A DNA stretch of 53,598 nucleotides from Candidatus Thorarchaeota archaeon (lineage in GTDB: Archaea > Asgardarchaeota > Thorarchaeia > Thorarchaeales > Thorarchaeaceae), in NCBI GenBank assembly GCA_048882325.1, contig JBHLRS010000022.1, positions 1 to 53,598 on the forward strand, written 5' to 3'. How positions within the stretch are numbered: position 1 is the stretch's first letter; each line of letters starts with the position of its first letter. A model generated the notes under the pieces. That model was not told where the DNA came from, did no database searches, and worked only from the letters and a program-made list of their open reading frames with translations. A program made the position numbers and the translations under genes. Below are positions 29,048 to 39,071 of this stretch, one piece after another.

Positions 29048-29599
29048 TTAAAACACGCGCTCCACTATTTTCTCTTTTAGATCAATTTCATCTTTTGATT
29101 CGTCGTCAAACCAGAGAGAACTAGCATCGGAAACTATTCGTCTGTGTTCAGACAAGAATGAGCAAATCTCATTTTCTAATCGGTCTAGAAGTTCTTTGGT
29201 TTCACCATCTGGTGAATTCTGTCGCTGGAAATTTTTGATGTCTCGACAGATTCGTCCCACTTCTTGGATGTACTTGCTTATTCCAAGTGTCATCAGTTCA
29301 TCTATACTCATTGACAATTCATAGAGTATCCTCCGACGTCCGCGACCAGAACTTGAATCATCAGAACGTCTATTGAGGATGCCTAGTGCTTCTAGTCGTG
29401 AGCATAAAACCGAAACTGAACTCAGTGAGAGACCTGATTTTCGAACAATATCTCTGATTGATAGCGCTGATTGGGTTTCATGTTTTTCGATATATAGAAT
29501 GAATAGAATATCGGTTGCACTTCGTTGTATTCCCAAATGTTCAATACTCACTCCTAAGGCGCGTTTCACAAAGGCCAGATAACCACTCTCTACCTGCAT
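29048..29599 (-). CDS. Winged-helix transcriptional regulator (GbsR/MarR-like)
   Basis: LSIRDIVRKSGLSLSSVSVLCSRLEALGIL...GRGRRRILYEL; the start overlaps the upstream stop (TAATG). Confidence 0.85.
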   Translation of the reverse strand: MQVESGYLAFVKRALGVSIEHLGIQRSATDILFILYIEKHETQSALSIRDIVRKSGLSLSSVSVLCSRLEALGILNRRSDDSSSGRGRRRILYELSMSIDELMTLGISKYIQEVGRICRDIKNFQRQNSPDGETKELLDRLENEICSFLSEHRRIVSDASSLWFDDESKDEIDLKEKIVERVF

Positions 29600-31026
29600 T
29601 AATTCTCAACACTCCGTATCTTTGGTAGCCATACAATAAACTCAACACCCTCGTTAGGTTTCCCGTGAACACGATCACGAACGCTTAGTTTCCCCCCATA
29701 TTTCTCAACAATCTGTAATGAGAATTGGATTCCAAGACCTCCGAACCTGTGTTTAAGGTCAAAAAGAATCTCCTTCATCACATCTTCAATACCAGGGCCA
29801 TTGTCAGCAATCGATATCTCGAACCCATCATTAATGGAGTGAAGTTTAGTCCAGACAATCTTTCGGGGAGATGGATTGTGTTTAATTGCATTTGTAAGAA
29901 GATGTGTGAATAGATTCTCTAAGTATCTATCAGCCATAACCAACGATTCTGAATCTTCACCTTCTAGCTCAATAACACAATCACAGAATTTCTCACCAAC
30001 TATGGCTACACAATCCAATAGAGCTCGACTTAGTGACCTCTCAACTAACGGGACTATGGCGAGATTCTCCGTTGATCTTGCTTCCATTATCAAACCCATA
30101 CAACGGTTTACTGAATCTAAAATCTGACTCACAAATTGCGGAATCATGTCTGATTCATTCTTCATTGGTAGCACATCTCGTGCTAATTCAGCACTTCCTT
30201 GAATTACCTGTAATTCGTTAGCCATATCATGTGCCAATAGGTCGAGATAGAGACGTGCTCTTCTGGATTCTTTTTCAAGCTGAGTTTCTGCCCATTTTTG
30301 TTCAGTAATGTCGAGTCCATACTTTATCATCAGTGTTACTTCGCCATTAGCGTCAAAAATCGGATAAGCATAAACTTCAATTTCTCTCAGGTCGCCTTTA
30401 TCGTCAAAGTGCATATGTTCAATCATGACAGGTTTCTTGGTCTTTTTGACTGCTGCAACTGGACAGCTCTGTCCTCTCTTCCAGCAAGGAACAGAGCTCC
30501 TGTGAATTGCGGAGTAGCAGAAAGTCTTTTCATTTAATGGACCAATTTTCGCAGCAGAATTTGCAATCCTGATTGTATAATCGTTAACATCGATGACATA
30601 GAATGGATGTGTCAGTGACTCTATGACACGAAGAAGAAAGTCATTTCGAGATACTAATTCACCTGTTTCATTAGTTGTTGCAGTATCTTCTTCATCCTCT
30701 TCTGGTTCGAAAATCTTTGTGACTGGTTTGTGAGCATTCACATATTTCTTAACAATTGAAGTTATGACATCTCTATTTTGATAGATAGGTTGAGTAGTAG
30801 ACGATCTTTGTATGTAAATCGATGTTGGTTCACAATTATTGATTGATTGACTTTGAAAGGGGAAAACCGTCCATCCTTCGAAGAATATCGGTGTATCGTT
30901 GACCATCCGAAAAGGTGTCAGATCAGGATGCACATAGAAAGGAATGGAATCTGCCTCATGATGATTCCGCATATCAGATGCTAGTGCTTCCTTCGAATCC
31001 CGGTATCGTTCTTTTTTAACTCCCAT
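29599..31026 (-). CDS. Cytoplasmic PAS histidine kinase
   Basis: Cys/His PAS domain, H-box LLAHDMANEL, N-box NAIKHN, DNGPGI and GGLG. Confidence 0.92.
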   Translation of the reverse strand: MGVKKERYRDSKEALASDMRNHHEADSIPFYVHPDLTPFRMVNDTPIFFEGWTVFPFQSQSINNCEPTSIYIQRSSTTQPIYQNRDVITSIVKKYVNAHKPVTKIFEPEEDEEDTATTNETGELVSRNDFLLRVIESLTHPFYVIDVNDYTIRIANSAAKIGPLNEKTFCYSAIHRSSVPCWKRGQSCPVAAVKKTKKPVMIEHMHFDDKGDLREIEVYAYPIFDANGEVTLMIKYGLDITEQKWAETQLEKESRRARLYLDLLAHDMANELQVIQGSAELARDVLPMKNESDMIPQFVSQILDSVNRCMGLIMEARSTENLAIVPLVERSLSRALLDCVAIVGEKFCDCVIELEGEDSESLVMADRYLENLFTHLLTNAIKHNPSPRKIVWTKLHSINDGFEISIADNGPGIEDVMKEILFDLKHRFGGLGIQFSLQIVEKYGGKLSVRDRVHGKPNEGVEFIVWLPKIRSVEN

Positions 31027-31071
31027 GATTGCAGTTCACCTTCAATTAATGCCAAGATTATCAGAATGGTG

Positions 31072-31488
31072 TCAATCTTCGAGGACCGTTCGAAGCTTCT
31101 TCACAACACCAGCTAATTTTGATTCTACATGTTCAGAATTGTCTCTTCTGAAGAAGAACCTCTTGCGTTGTCTTCCATTGGGTGCGATAGCTCCAATGCG
31201 AAACCACCTGTCTCTGACCATGAATTCTTGGATGGTGATGGATACACCAAATCCTTTGATAGAGGATGTTTTTGGATGCCCATATCCGAGATTCTCACTC
31301 ACACGAATTGCAGTATCTGACATGAGTGAAATCATTGCTGCTAAAATCTGGCTGGAATAATCCTCTATTGATTCACCAGCGACCACAAGACCTCTTTCAT
31401 TGGTCACAACACAACTCAAGAAGTCTTGCTCAGGACCTACCAGATCATCCATTATTTGTTCAAGTTTTGCTGTTTTTCCTTCCCTCAT
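31072..31488 (-). CDS. Roadblock/LC7 (MglB-like) protein
   Basis: SCVVTNERGLVVAG...ILAAMISLMSDTAIRVSENLG. Confidence 0.85.
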   Translation of the reverse strand: MREGKTAKLEQIMDDLVGPEQDFLSCVVTNERGLVVAGESIEDYSSQILAAMISLMSDTAIRVSENLGYGHPKTSSIKGFGVSITIQEFMVRDRWFRIGAIAPNGRQRKRFFFRRDNSEHVESKLAGVVKKLRTVLED

Positions 31489-31501
31489 TTCTTTACCTCC
31501 A

Positions 31502-32392
31502 TTAAGTTACTGATGCTTCGTGAAGTTTCACATCCCAGAGCTTGACTACTTCTTTGATATCATTGCTAAGGTTCTCTATCTCAAAGGACACAAGTCCAAG
31601 CTTTGCAGTATTTGGAAAGATGCATGTCAACATTACATTCTCTGCTACTTGCTTCAATAATACTGAAAAACTGACATTATCAGAATCATTATCTGCATCA
31701 ATCAAGACTTGTCTGAATTGAGAATCAGAAGCAACAAGGCGGATAAAGTCTTGAGAGATCGTTATCATTCCTGCAGACATACTACTGACAACCATCTCCA
31801 AGTTCTCAGGCATTGCATCATAGAAGAGACGATGAGCTAGGATATACCCATCCACTGTGAAGACAGTAAGACCCCAAACTGGAACTCTCATCTCAAAATC
31901 TGTCAGATGGTTTCGAATCTGTTGAATTGGAGGAATTACTGATTCTACTGGAGTTGAGTCATCGAATCCAACAACTACCTGCGACTCGCCAGATTCATCA
32001 AGGGGTGAAGCATTTTCCTCAACTTGATCTGTATTATCATCAATGGGAGTTAGTTGTGCAAGATTTTCTGAATCTAAAGAGATTTCAGTTTGATTTGATT
32101 GCGCCTCATCTATAGACTCTTCATAAGCTGATTCTTGAGAATTGTCAACAGCGGTCGTTAGGCTCTGTTCTGAAACTTGTTCCAGACGTTCCTTCTTGCC
32201 CTGGGGTTTACGCGCCTTCTTGGGTTTTTCTAGAGGTTCAGTGGCTGTATGTATCAGTCCTGAAACCGGACCTGAAGTTTCCTTCTTAACCTGAGTTTTA
32301 CGTACTTTCTTGGGTTTTTCAGAACTTTCGTGAGTAGGTTTTCTCTCAGGCTGTTCACTTTCACTTTGTGTATCGACTTGTTCTCGCTCCAT
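31502..32392 (-). CDS. Roadblock/LC7 protein with a ~150-aa disordered N-terminus
   Basis: C-terminal GLTVFTVDGYILA...VSSMSAGMITIS...AKLGLVSFEI. The N-terminus is low complexity with a duplicated EKPKKxRKxQxKKE. Confidence 0.85.
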   Translation of the reverse strand: MEREQVDTQSESEQPERKPTHESSEKPKKVRKTQVKKETSGPVSGLIHTATEPLEKPKKARKPQGKKERLEQVSEQSLTTAVDNSQESAYEESIDEAQSNQTEISLDSENLAQLTPIDDNTDQVEENASPLDESGESQVVVGFDDSTPVESVIPPIQQIRNHLTDFEMRVPVWGLTVFTVDGYILAHRLFYDAMPENLEMVVSSMSAGMITISQDFIRLVASDSQFRQVLIDADNDSDNVSFSVLLKQVAENVMLTCIFPNTAKLGLVSFEIENLSNDIKEVVKLWDVKLHEASVT

Positions 32393-32411
32393 TTTTTATA
32401 CCTCTCCAAAG

Positions 32412-33086
32412 TTATTGCGCTTGTGGAATTACCTCCACGACTTCATCCTGTGTTGAGGAACTCAAACAGATATCCTCAACCATTCTCAAAAGAAGAACTA
32501 AAGCAGTCTTGGATGACTCGCGATTCATGGCAGACATTCCAACTGCGTTTGAAACGCCCAACCAAACGGCCACTTCTTCTGGTGCAACTGCGTCAGCTCG
32601 GTCTTGTTTGTTCGCAATCGAAACAATAGGCGTACCCGTGAATGCAGATCTTGTTTCAGCAAGTATGGCACAAGCATCACCAATCATTCCTGTGTCTGAA
32701 GAGTCTACGATCATGAGAACGCCATCAGTGTTGGACCTCATTGTGTCTCTCACGAATTTGAAGTGCAGTTGACCTGGTACACCACGAAGCTCAATCTCCT
32801 TGGCAATCCAACCATCGTACTCTGCAACCTCTTTTTCAAACTCAGCTTTGGGAACAATAAGACCCATGTGAGTTTGTTCTTTTCTGACCCAAACTACGCG
32901 CCCAAGATCAAATCCGGTTGTGGTCGTGCTCTTCTCGCCTCGATATTCCTCTTTCATGTCACGTTCAATTGACATTGCATTGGGATCGAGCGTGTGAATA
33001 AGCGTGGTCTTACCGGCCTGAAATGGTCCAGTCACGTAGACTTTGTAGTCGTATGACCTTAGTTTTCTTATCGACAAGTTCTCCAA
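32412..33086 (-). CDS. Small GTPase, MglA/conservon (CvnD)-like
   Basis: G1 GPFQAGKT, switch I TTTTGFDLG, G3 GVPGQ, G4 NKQD, G5 MSA. Confidence 0.92.
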   Translation of the reverse strand: MENLSIRKLRSYDYKVYVTGPFQAGKTTLIHTLDPNAMSIERDMKEEYRGEKSTTTTGFDLGRVVWVRKEQTHMGLIVPKAEFEKEVAEYDGWIAKEIELRGVPGQLHFKFVRDTMRSNTDGVLMIVDSSDTGMIGDACAILAETRSAFTGTPIVSIANKQDRADAVAPEEVAVWLGVSNAVGMSAMNRESSKTALVLLLRMVEDICLSSSTQDEVVEVIPQAQ

Positions 33087-33139
33087 TCTCCTTAGTTCCT
33101 CTAATTCCAGTTCTTGAAGTCGGGATAATGAAATTCAGA

Positions 33140-33502
33140 CTAAAGCGTAGACTCCACAGAGGCTGCAGCTTTGTCCATCTCAAAGTCAATCAAGCCAATC
33201 TTTGCGTCCTTTGGAGCAGTCGCAATCATTGCGGCGTTCGATACTTTACGAACGATGACTGTCTTCTTGTCCCCTTCAATCACGATGCTCTTCGGATCTC
33301 CGGATGCAAGAGCAGCACCAACACGACTTCCAATTGACACAAGTGCGGCTGCCATAGCAGAAACTGCTTTGTCATCTACACCCTTGTGCAACGCAGCGGC
33401 CATTAACTGACCTCTGTCACTAACAAGCGCGCATCCATCGACTTCACTGTCAGCCTCAAGTTGCTTCAAAATTTCTTCAAGTTTCTTTATTTTCGCACTC
33501 AT
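33140..33502 (-). CDS. Roadblock/LC7 (MglB-like) protein, 120 aa
   Basis: GCALVSDRGQLMAAAL...VSAMAAAL...AKIGLI; a GAGGTGA RBS precedes ATG 33502. Confidence 0.93.
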   Translation of the reverse strand: MSAKIKKLEEILKQLEADSEVDGCALVSDRGQLMAAALHKGVDDKAVSAMAAALVSIGSRVGAALASGDPKSIVIEGDKKTVIVRKVSNAAMIATAPKDAKIGLIDFEMDKAAASVESTL

Positions 33503-33639
33503 TCTTTTCACCTCATTTTTCATAGAATTCGCAGCTTTCCTTTTCCTTTGCAGAAACGTAGATCTTTTTCTTTTCACACCAGACCTGGCCCGATGAATTG
33601 GTATCACCTGCATACTTGCAATCTGATCCCATTTTCAAC

Positions 33640-34128
33640 TCACTCCAGTAGTACCGTGAAATCACTAGCGTTACGATCTGGGTAAAATTGACACTTGGTT
33701 ACTGTGCAATTCGTGCCAGTCTTCTCGTTTAGAGCCGCATATAGAATTGCCATCATCGGACAAGGCGGAATCATGTTGAAATCACCAGCTCTGATGACTG
33801 TAGTAGCGGGCGCGAAAATGCACTCCCCAATATCCATGACAAGCTCTGTGTCAGTGAGACTGACAACATTGCACCGTTGTACGGCTCCAGATTTCTTTAT
33901 CTCAGTGACAAATGACTCCACAATAGATTTTACATTATCACCTTCGATATTCAAACCCAAATCGCTCAGCATAGGTTTTGCATCGCCTTGAAACGCATTT
34001 GCCATCTGAGTCCAGATGAGTGGAATATCTAACCCCATGTTTACCATCGCATCTGCGACAGCAACCATGACAGCATTCGCAGTGTCTAGTAGACCTTTGT
34101 ATTCCATTTTTGTTTTCTCCTGGGTCAT
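33640..34128 (-). CDS. V4R / MetOD1-like small ligand- or metal-binding protein
   Basis: LVMDIGECIF...PCPMMAIL...KCQF...SDFTV resembles the Cys-containing V4R/methanogen output domain pattern. Confidence 0.6.
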   Translation of the reverse strand: MTQEKTKMEYKGLLDTANAVMVAVADAMVNMGLDIPLIWTQMANAFQGDAKPMLSDLGLNIEGDNVKSIVESFVTEIKKSGAVQRCNVVSLTDTELVMDIGECIFAPATTVIRAGDFNMIPPCPMMAILYAALNEKTGTNCTVTKCQFYPDRNASDFTVLLE

Positions 34129-34768
34129 CTGAGCCTGCTAAGATTGCAGATTGAATAGACCCTGTTAGAATTGAATATATTTTTCATATATATATATTTT
34201 TGATATATCTAAAACATATGAGTGTTATGATTTTAATGAAAATTAATTGAACGATAACAGAAAAATGCACAGATTGATAATAAAAAGGGAGATGAGAAGC
34301 TAGAACCTAGTCAAAGGTACTCATGGACCCTTGATCAATCAAATCTGTTGAGAGATTTGTGGAAAACAGACTAAGCTATCTACTTCTCATAGTCAGGACA
34401 GTTGTCCTTTTCTGTTCCTGATACATAGATGTTCTTTTTGGAACACCATATTTGACCTGCAGCGTTTTTTGCTCCTGCGTATTTACAATCACTCATAACA
34501 CATTGCCTCTTGCATTTTGCAGATGTTTTGCAACATCTGTTTCAAATATCACATATTTCTTACATTATAAAAACAAATTGTGGCATCGCACTGTTGTGTG
34601 CAGTTACGCATGTCAGTACTGCAATGCGAATGGATAGCAACAGTAATTTTTAATATCCAAGAAATTTATAATTATCCTAAATAAATAAATTATCTGAAAT
34701 ACAATGTTAAAATCAGTCTGAGTGGTTGTTTGTGCCAGACCAAGAAACAGGGAGAGAAGGTGACAAGC
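34129..34768. promoter_or_regulatory. AT-rich divergent control region with inverted repeats
   Basis: AT/TATA runs near 34170-34210 and 34645-34695; AGGACA-GT-TGTCCT (34395-34408); CAGATGTT-TTGC-AACATCTG (34520-34539). Confidence 0.6.
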
Positions 34769-37675
34769 ATGAGTATCAAAGTTCTTTTCATAGATGACGA
34801 TGAAGACACTCTGTACATTGCCAAGAATTACCTGGGAAATGATTCACGATTCGATATATCCTTCTGCAGCTCCAGCCAAAAGGCATTAAGAAAACTGAAG
34901 CAGGACAATTTCGATCTTATCGTATCGGACCACGAGATGCCAGACATCACGGGACTCAATCTATTAGAAACTCTACGACGAAAGGGGGAAGATATTCCAT
35001 TCATAATATTTACAGGACGTTCAAGAGAGGATCTTGCGATTACAGCTCTTAATCTTGGGGCGGCATATTTTGTAAAGAAAGGTGGGGATTCTGAGAGTCA
35101 GTATGCTGAACTTGCCCATATTATTCAGAAGACGTATGACCAAGTGCAGGATAGCAGGGCTCTACAAAAATCTGAGATGATGTATAGAACTCTTGTTCAT
35201 TCTATGCATGATCTCGTTCTTGTACAAGACAAAAATGACTGCTATGTTCAATATCATGGTGGAAATAAGGAATTGCTTCACCTTCCCCCTAAAGAGTTTC
35301 TCAACAAACATCTAAGTGAAGTACTCCCTGGATATGTTTCAAAAATATTGCTGCAAACAGCTGATGAAGTCCGAAACTCAAAGGAAACTAGTATTTGTGA
35401 GTTTAACCTATCAATTCGAAATCAGGATAGATGGTTCGAGGCCAAGCTTTCATTGCATGAAGATAGAGAGAGTGTTGTTACAGTCGTTAGGGACATCACT
35501 AAAAGAAGAAGAAACAAAGAAAAACTGCAGCTAGCTCAATTTAGCTTAGATAATGCGGCAAATCCAATTATCTGGATTGCACGTGATGCAAGTATCATTT
35601 ACGTGAATCGCATGGCTTGCTTTGCGCTTGGTTATTCTGAAGATGAACTACTTCAGATGTCAATTGTTGACATTGATATGAAGAAAACACAGCTTGATTG
35701 GCCAGATCTTTGGCAAGATGTAAGAGAATTAGGATCATTGCATTTAGAAACCGAATTACTGACAAGGTCATCAAGAGTCTTTCCTGTAGAAATATACCTG
35801 AGTCATCAAAAGTTCGGAAACAGAGAATTTGGATTTGCGTATATCATTGATATGTCGGAAACATGGTTCGTGGAAAAAGAACGTCAAGAGGCAGAATCAG
35901 CATTTAAAGATGAAAGTGAGAAGGCACAGCTCTATCTTGATACTGCAGGTGTCATGTTTGTTGCATTAGACAATAACGGTAGAATAAGTCTACTAAACAG
36001 GAGAGCGTGTGAGATTCTAGAATGCCACGTAGAACAATCCATGGGGAAAGATTGGTTTGAAACGTTTTTGCCTCCTAGAGTCAAGGAGGAGGTCAAGGGT
36101 GTTTTTACCCGATTAATGAAAGGTGATGTTGAACCTGTTGAAGATGTTGAAGGACCAATTCTAACATCTGATGGAAATGAGCGAATCATTAGATGGAGAA
36201 ATACGATCCTAAGAGATGAGGGCGGAGAGATCATAGGAACTTTCAGTTCTGGTGAAGATGTGACTGATCAGCGTAAAGCAGAATATCTTTTGAGAGCAAG
36301 CGAATCCAAATTTCGAGGCTTTTTCAATGAGGCTCCAATAGGTATGACAATTGTTGACACCAATGATCATATAATGGAAGCAAATAAGAAATTTCAGGAA
36401 TTTGTTGGATACAACATTGATGAACTAAGGAGCATGAAGATTGCTGAGTTCACAGCTCCGAATGACGCCACACTCAATGGTAAACTTTTCAAAGAGGTTC
36501 TGGATGGAGAATCTGATGGCTACAAGATTGAGAAAGAATACATCCGTAAGGATGGTGAATCAGTCTGGGGAGATGTCACAGTTTCCTGTATACGAAATGC
36601 GTCAGGTCTACTTGAATTTGTAATGGGAATGGTTGAGGATATTACTGAACGTAAGAGAATAGAAATAGCTCTCGGAGAAAGCGAGAAGCGATACCGGGAA
36701 TTAATTGCTGCCCTTCCAGAAGGGATTGGTATCTCTAACTTCAATGAGGAATTGATTTTCTGTAACGATGCTTTTGCAGAACTGCTGGGTTACACCAGAG
36801 ATGAACTTCTTGGAAGGAGTGTACTTGATTTCATTCATAGTGATGATATAGAGAAATTGCAAAGTGAATCATCAAAAAGGAAGTCAGGTATTTCATCCAT
36901 TTATGAAATCAGGATGCAGCATAAGAGCGGGAAAGACCTAGTCATGAGAATTTCAGCTGTTCCACTAGAGAACGAACATCATATGATTATTGGTTCCGTT
37001 GCTGTGATTAGCGATGTGACAGAACAGAACGCGAATATAGATATGATTCGAAGACAGAAAGCTGAATTATCCACACTAGCTCATATATTAAGACACGATC
37101 TAGGGAATAATTTTCACACCTTACTTGCATACCTATCACTTCTTGAAAGTCAACACGATTCGGACGTCATTCAAAGAACAAAGTTGCTTGTGTCAAGAAT
37201 GTCTGATTTACTTTCATCATCGGTCATCCTTGCTGACGCAGGACTTGTAATTGACACTGCGATTGATGTGAACCTTGAAGCAATTGTTGATGAGATTGCA
37301 TCTACGGTCATCCCTGAGGATATCAAATTTGAGCGAGACAACCTTCCCATTCTAAGAGGTGATCCTCAGAAGATTAGTCAGATTTTCCAAAACTTGTTGT
37401 TGAATGCAGTTGAACATGGAAAACCTCAGGTCATTGAAATCAGGTTAAAGAGATGCAAAGACTCGTTAACCATCCTTATCCAAAATGATGGTGATATTAT
37501 TAATCGAAAGTTGAAAGAAGATCTATTGAGGGGGCCGATTATTGTTGAAAAAGGGAAAAGAGGGTTTGGACTAGCAATTGTCAAGAAACTTGTAGAGGCG
37601 CATGGTTGGGAGATAACCATGGAACCAATAGAAAAGACCTCATTCAAAATCATCATAAATAACAGATCTTCATGA
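34769..37675 (+). CDS. Hybrid sensor kinase REC-(PAS)x5-HisK-HATPase
   Basis: IDDD/SDHEMP/FTGR receiver, five PAS units, LRHDLGN, QNLLLNAVEHG and GFGLAIVK. No TM. AGGTGA precedes ATG 34769. Confidence 0.95.
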   Translation: MSIKVLFIDDDEDTLYIAKNYLGNDSRFDISFCSSSQKALRKLKQDNFDLIVSDHEMPDITGLNLLETLRRKGEDIPFIIFTGRSREDLAITALNLGAAYFVKKGGDSESQYAELAHIIQKTYDQVQDSRALQKSEMMYRTLVHSMHDLVLVQDKNDCYVQYHGGNKELLHLPPKEFLNKHLSEVLPGYVSKILLQTADEVRNSKETSICEFNLSIRNQDRWFEAKLSLHEDRESVVTVVRDITKRRRNKEKLQLAQFSLDNAANPIIWIARDASIIYVNRMACFALGYSEDELLQMSIVDIDMKKTQLDWPDLWQDVRELGSLHLETELLTRSSRVFPVEIYLSHQKFGNREFGFAYIIDMSETWFVEKERQEAESAFKDESEKAQLYLDTAGVMFVALDNNGRISLLNRRACEILECHVEQSMGKDWFETFLPPRVKEEVKGVFTRLMKGDVEPVEDVEGPILTSDGNERIIRWRNTILRDEGGEIIGTFSSGEDVTDQRKAEYLLRASESKFRGFFNEAPIGMTIVDTNDHIMEANKKFQEFVGYNIDELRSMKIAEFTAPNDATLNGKLFKEVLDGESDGYKIEKEYIRKDGESVWGDVTVSCIRNASGLLEFVMGMVEDITERKRIEIALGESEKRYRELIAALPEGIGISNFNEELIFCNDAFAELLGYTRDELLGRSVLDFIHSDDIEKLQSESSKRKSGISSIYEIRMQHKSGKDLVMRISAVPLENEHHMIIGSVAVISDVTEQNANIDMIRRQKAELSTLAHILRHDLGNNFHTLLAYLSLLESQHDSDVIQRTKLLVSRMSDLLSSSVILADAGLVIDTAIDVNLEAIVDEIASTVIPEDIKFERDNLPILRGDPQKISQIFQNLLLNAVEHGKPQVIEIRLKRCKDSLTILIQNDGDIINRKLKEDLLRGPIIVEKGKRGFGLAIVKKLVEAHGWEITMEPIEKTSFKIIINNRSS

Positions 37676-37690
37676 TGACACTTTTTTTGG

Positions 37691-38992
37691 TTATGTAGAT
37701 TCGGTACCTATTACGAGAATATTAAAGATGAAGGCAGACTCACCAGCATATTTCGATTGAATAACTCGTGTTTTGACATGCATAGCTTTGTTGTTCTTAC
37801 TCATCATTCTGAAACTATGCAGTTTTGATTTTCCCTTGCCTTTCTCTACTTCAGTCAAAATCCTCGCAATCTCCTTGCGGTCATCAAGCACAACGAAATT
37901 CCAGAAATCAGCCCCAGTTAATTCATGTATTTCATAATGGAGCGCCTTGGAGATCGGTGCATTGCAAAATACAATGCGACTGTCCTGAAGGACAAAAACA
38001 CCATTCTCCATATTTTCTATAATTATCTGATACATGTCAAGTAGTATCCGTAAATCAGCCTCAACCTGCTTTCTATCTGTGACATCCAGGTTGTATTCAA
38101 TTACTTGAATGACATTACCTTCATCATCAAGAATCGGATGTGCATGAATCTCAACATGTCTTGTTCTTCCACTAACGTGGTGATGAACATGCTCCACTAT
38201 AGCTGGTTTTCTCGATTCAACGACCTCTTTCAAAGGGCAAGGATGGATATCACCAGCGCATGGTTTTGCTGATTTATGAGTGAGCGCATAACAGGTCGAT
38301 TCATGTGTAAGAGAACCCAATCGTGCCGCTCGATTAGCCATCTTAATTGTATAATCATTAACATCAATAACATAGAACGGATGTGCCACAGACTCCATAA
38401 CATGATTAAGGAAGTCATGTTGCTGTTGAATCTTCGCCTCCGATAGTCTGCGGGATGTGATATCTTCGAGCAGGATTGTTGCTCCAACACTTCCATCATC
38501 AAAGGTTGTTGGAACTAATTTAATTCGGAGATGTCTTGTGACACTATCATCCAAAATAGTAATCTCGAAATCCTTTTGCCTTCCACTCACAGCATCTTGG
38601 AATAAAGAAACTGTCTCTTCTCCTGAACGTCTAGGCCAATTCAGTTTATCCAGTTTATAGCCAAGCAACTCTTCTGTATCAAGATGCATTATTTTGCCAA
38701 ACGCATCATTCACACGTATAACTTTCAAATCTGAGTCATAAGTAAGAATACCATCCTCGGAAAGATTCAGCATGGCATCAAGTGGTATTCTCTGTGAAAG
38801 GAAGTACAACTTTGCTGGACCAACTTTGCGCATCTCAACATGGCCGGAGATCTGTAGGACATCTAGATAGCGCGCAGTACTGTTTCGATTGATGTCGATT
38901 CGTGTGGCTATGTCAGTAATGGTCAGTCCTTTCGGGTTCTTTCTGAGCTCCTCTCGAATTCTTTCTGATATTTTATGATTCATCTCTGTCAT
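37691..38992 (-). CDS. wHTH-(PAS)x3 one-component regulator
   Basis: PKGLTITDIATRIDINRNSTARYLDVL...GPAKLY then three PAS domains; AGGTGA precedes ATG 38992. Confidence 0.92.
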   Translation of the reverse strand: MTEMNHKISERIREELRKNPKGLTITDIATRIDINRNSTARYLDVLQISGHVEMRKVGPAKLYFLSQRIPLDAMLNLSEDGILTYDSDLKVIRVNDAFGKIMHLDTEELLGYKLDKLNWPRRSGEETVSLFQDAVSGRQKDFEITILDDSVTRHLRIKLVPTTFDDGSVGATILLEDITSRRLSEAKIQQQHDFLNHVMESVAHPFYVIDVNDYTIKMANRAARLGSLTHESTCYALTHKSAKPCAGDIHPCPLKEVVESRKPAIVEHVHHHVSGRTRHVEIHAHPILDDEGNVIQVIEYNLDVTDRKQVEADLRILLDMYQIIIENMENGVFVLQDSRIVFCNAPISKALHYEIHELTGADFWNFVVLDDRKEIARILTEVEKGKGKSKLHSFRMMSKNNKAMHVKTRVIQSKYAGESAFIFNILVIGTEST

Positions 38993-39071
38993 CAAGAACT
39001 CACCTAAGCGTTCCAAGCGACGCTCTCTATTTCCGTCTAATAGCTATGCGTTAGTTTCAATGTCTGATAGA

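Noticed and set aside
33503-33613. Basic N-terminal extension of the roadblock protein
   Set aside because: A strong GAGGTGA RBS precedes ATG 33502; the extension is A-rich intergenic sequence.
34184-34197. (TA)n run as a phase-variable switch
   Set aside because: It is short and lies in an AT-rich promoter; a single sequence gives no evidence of length variation.
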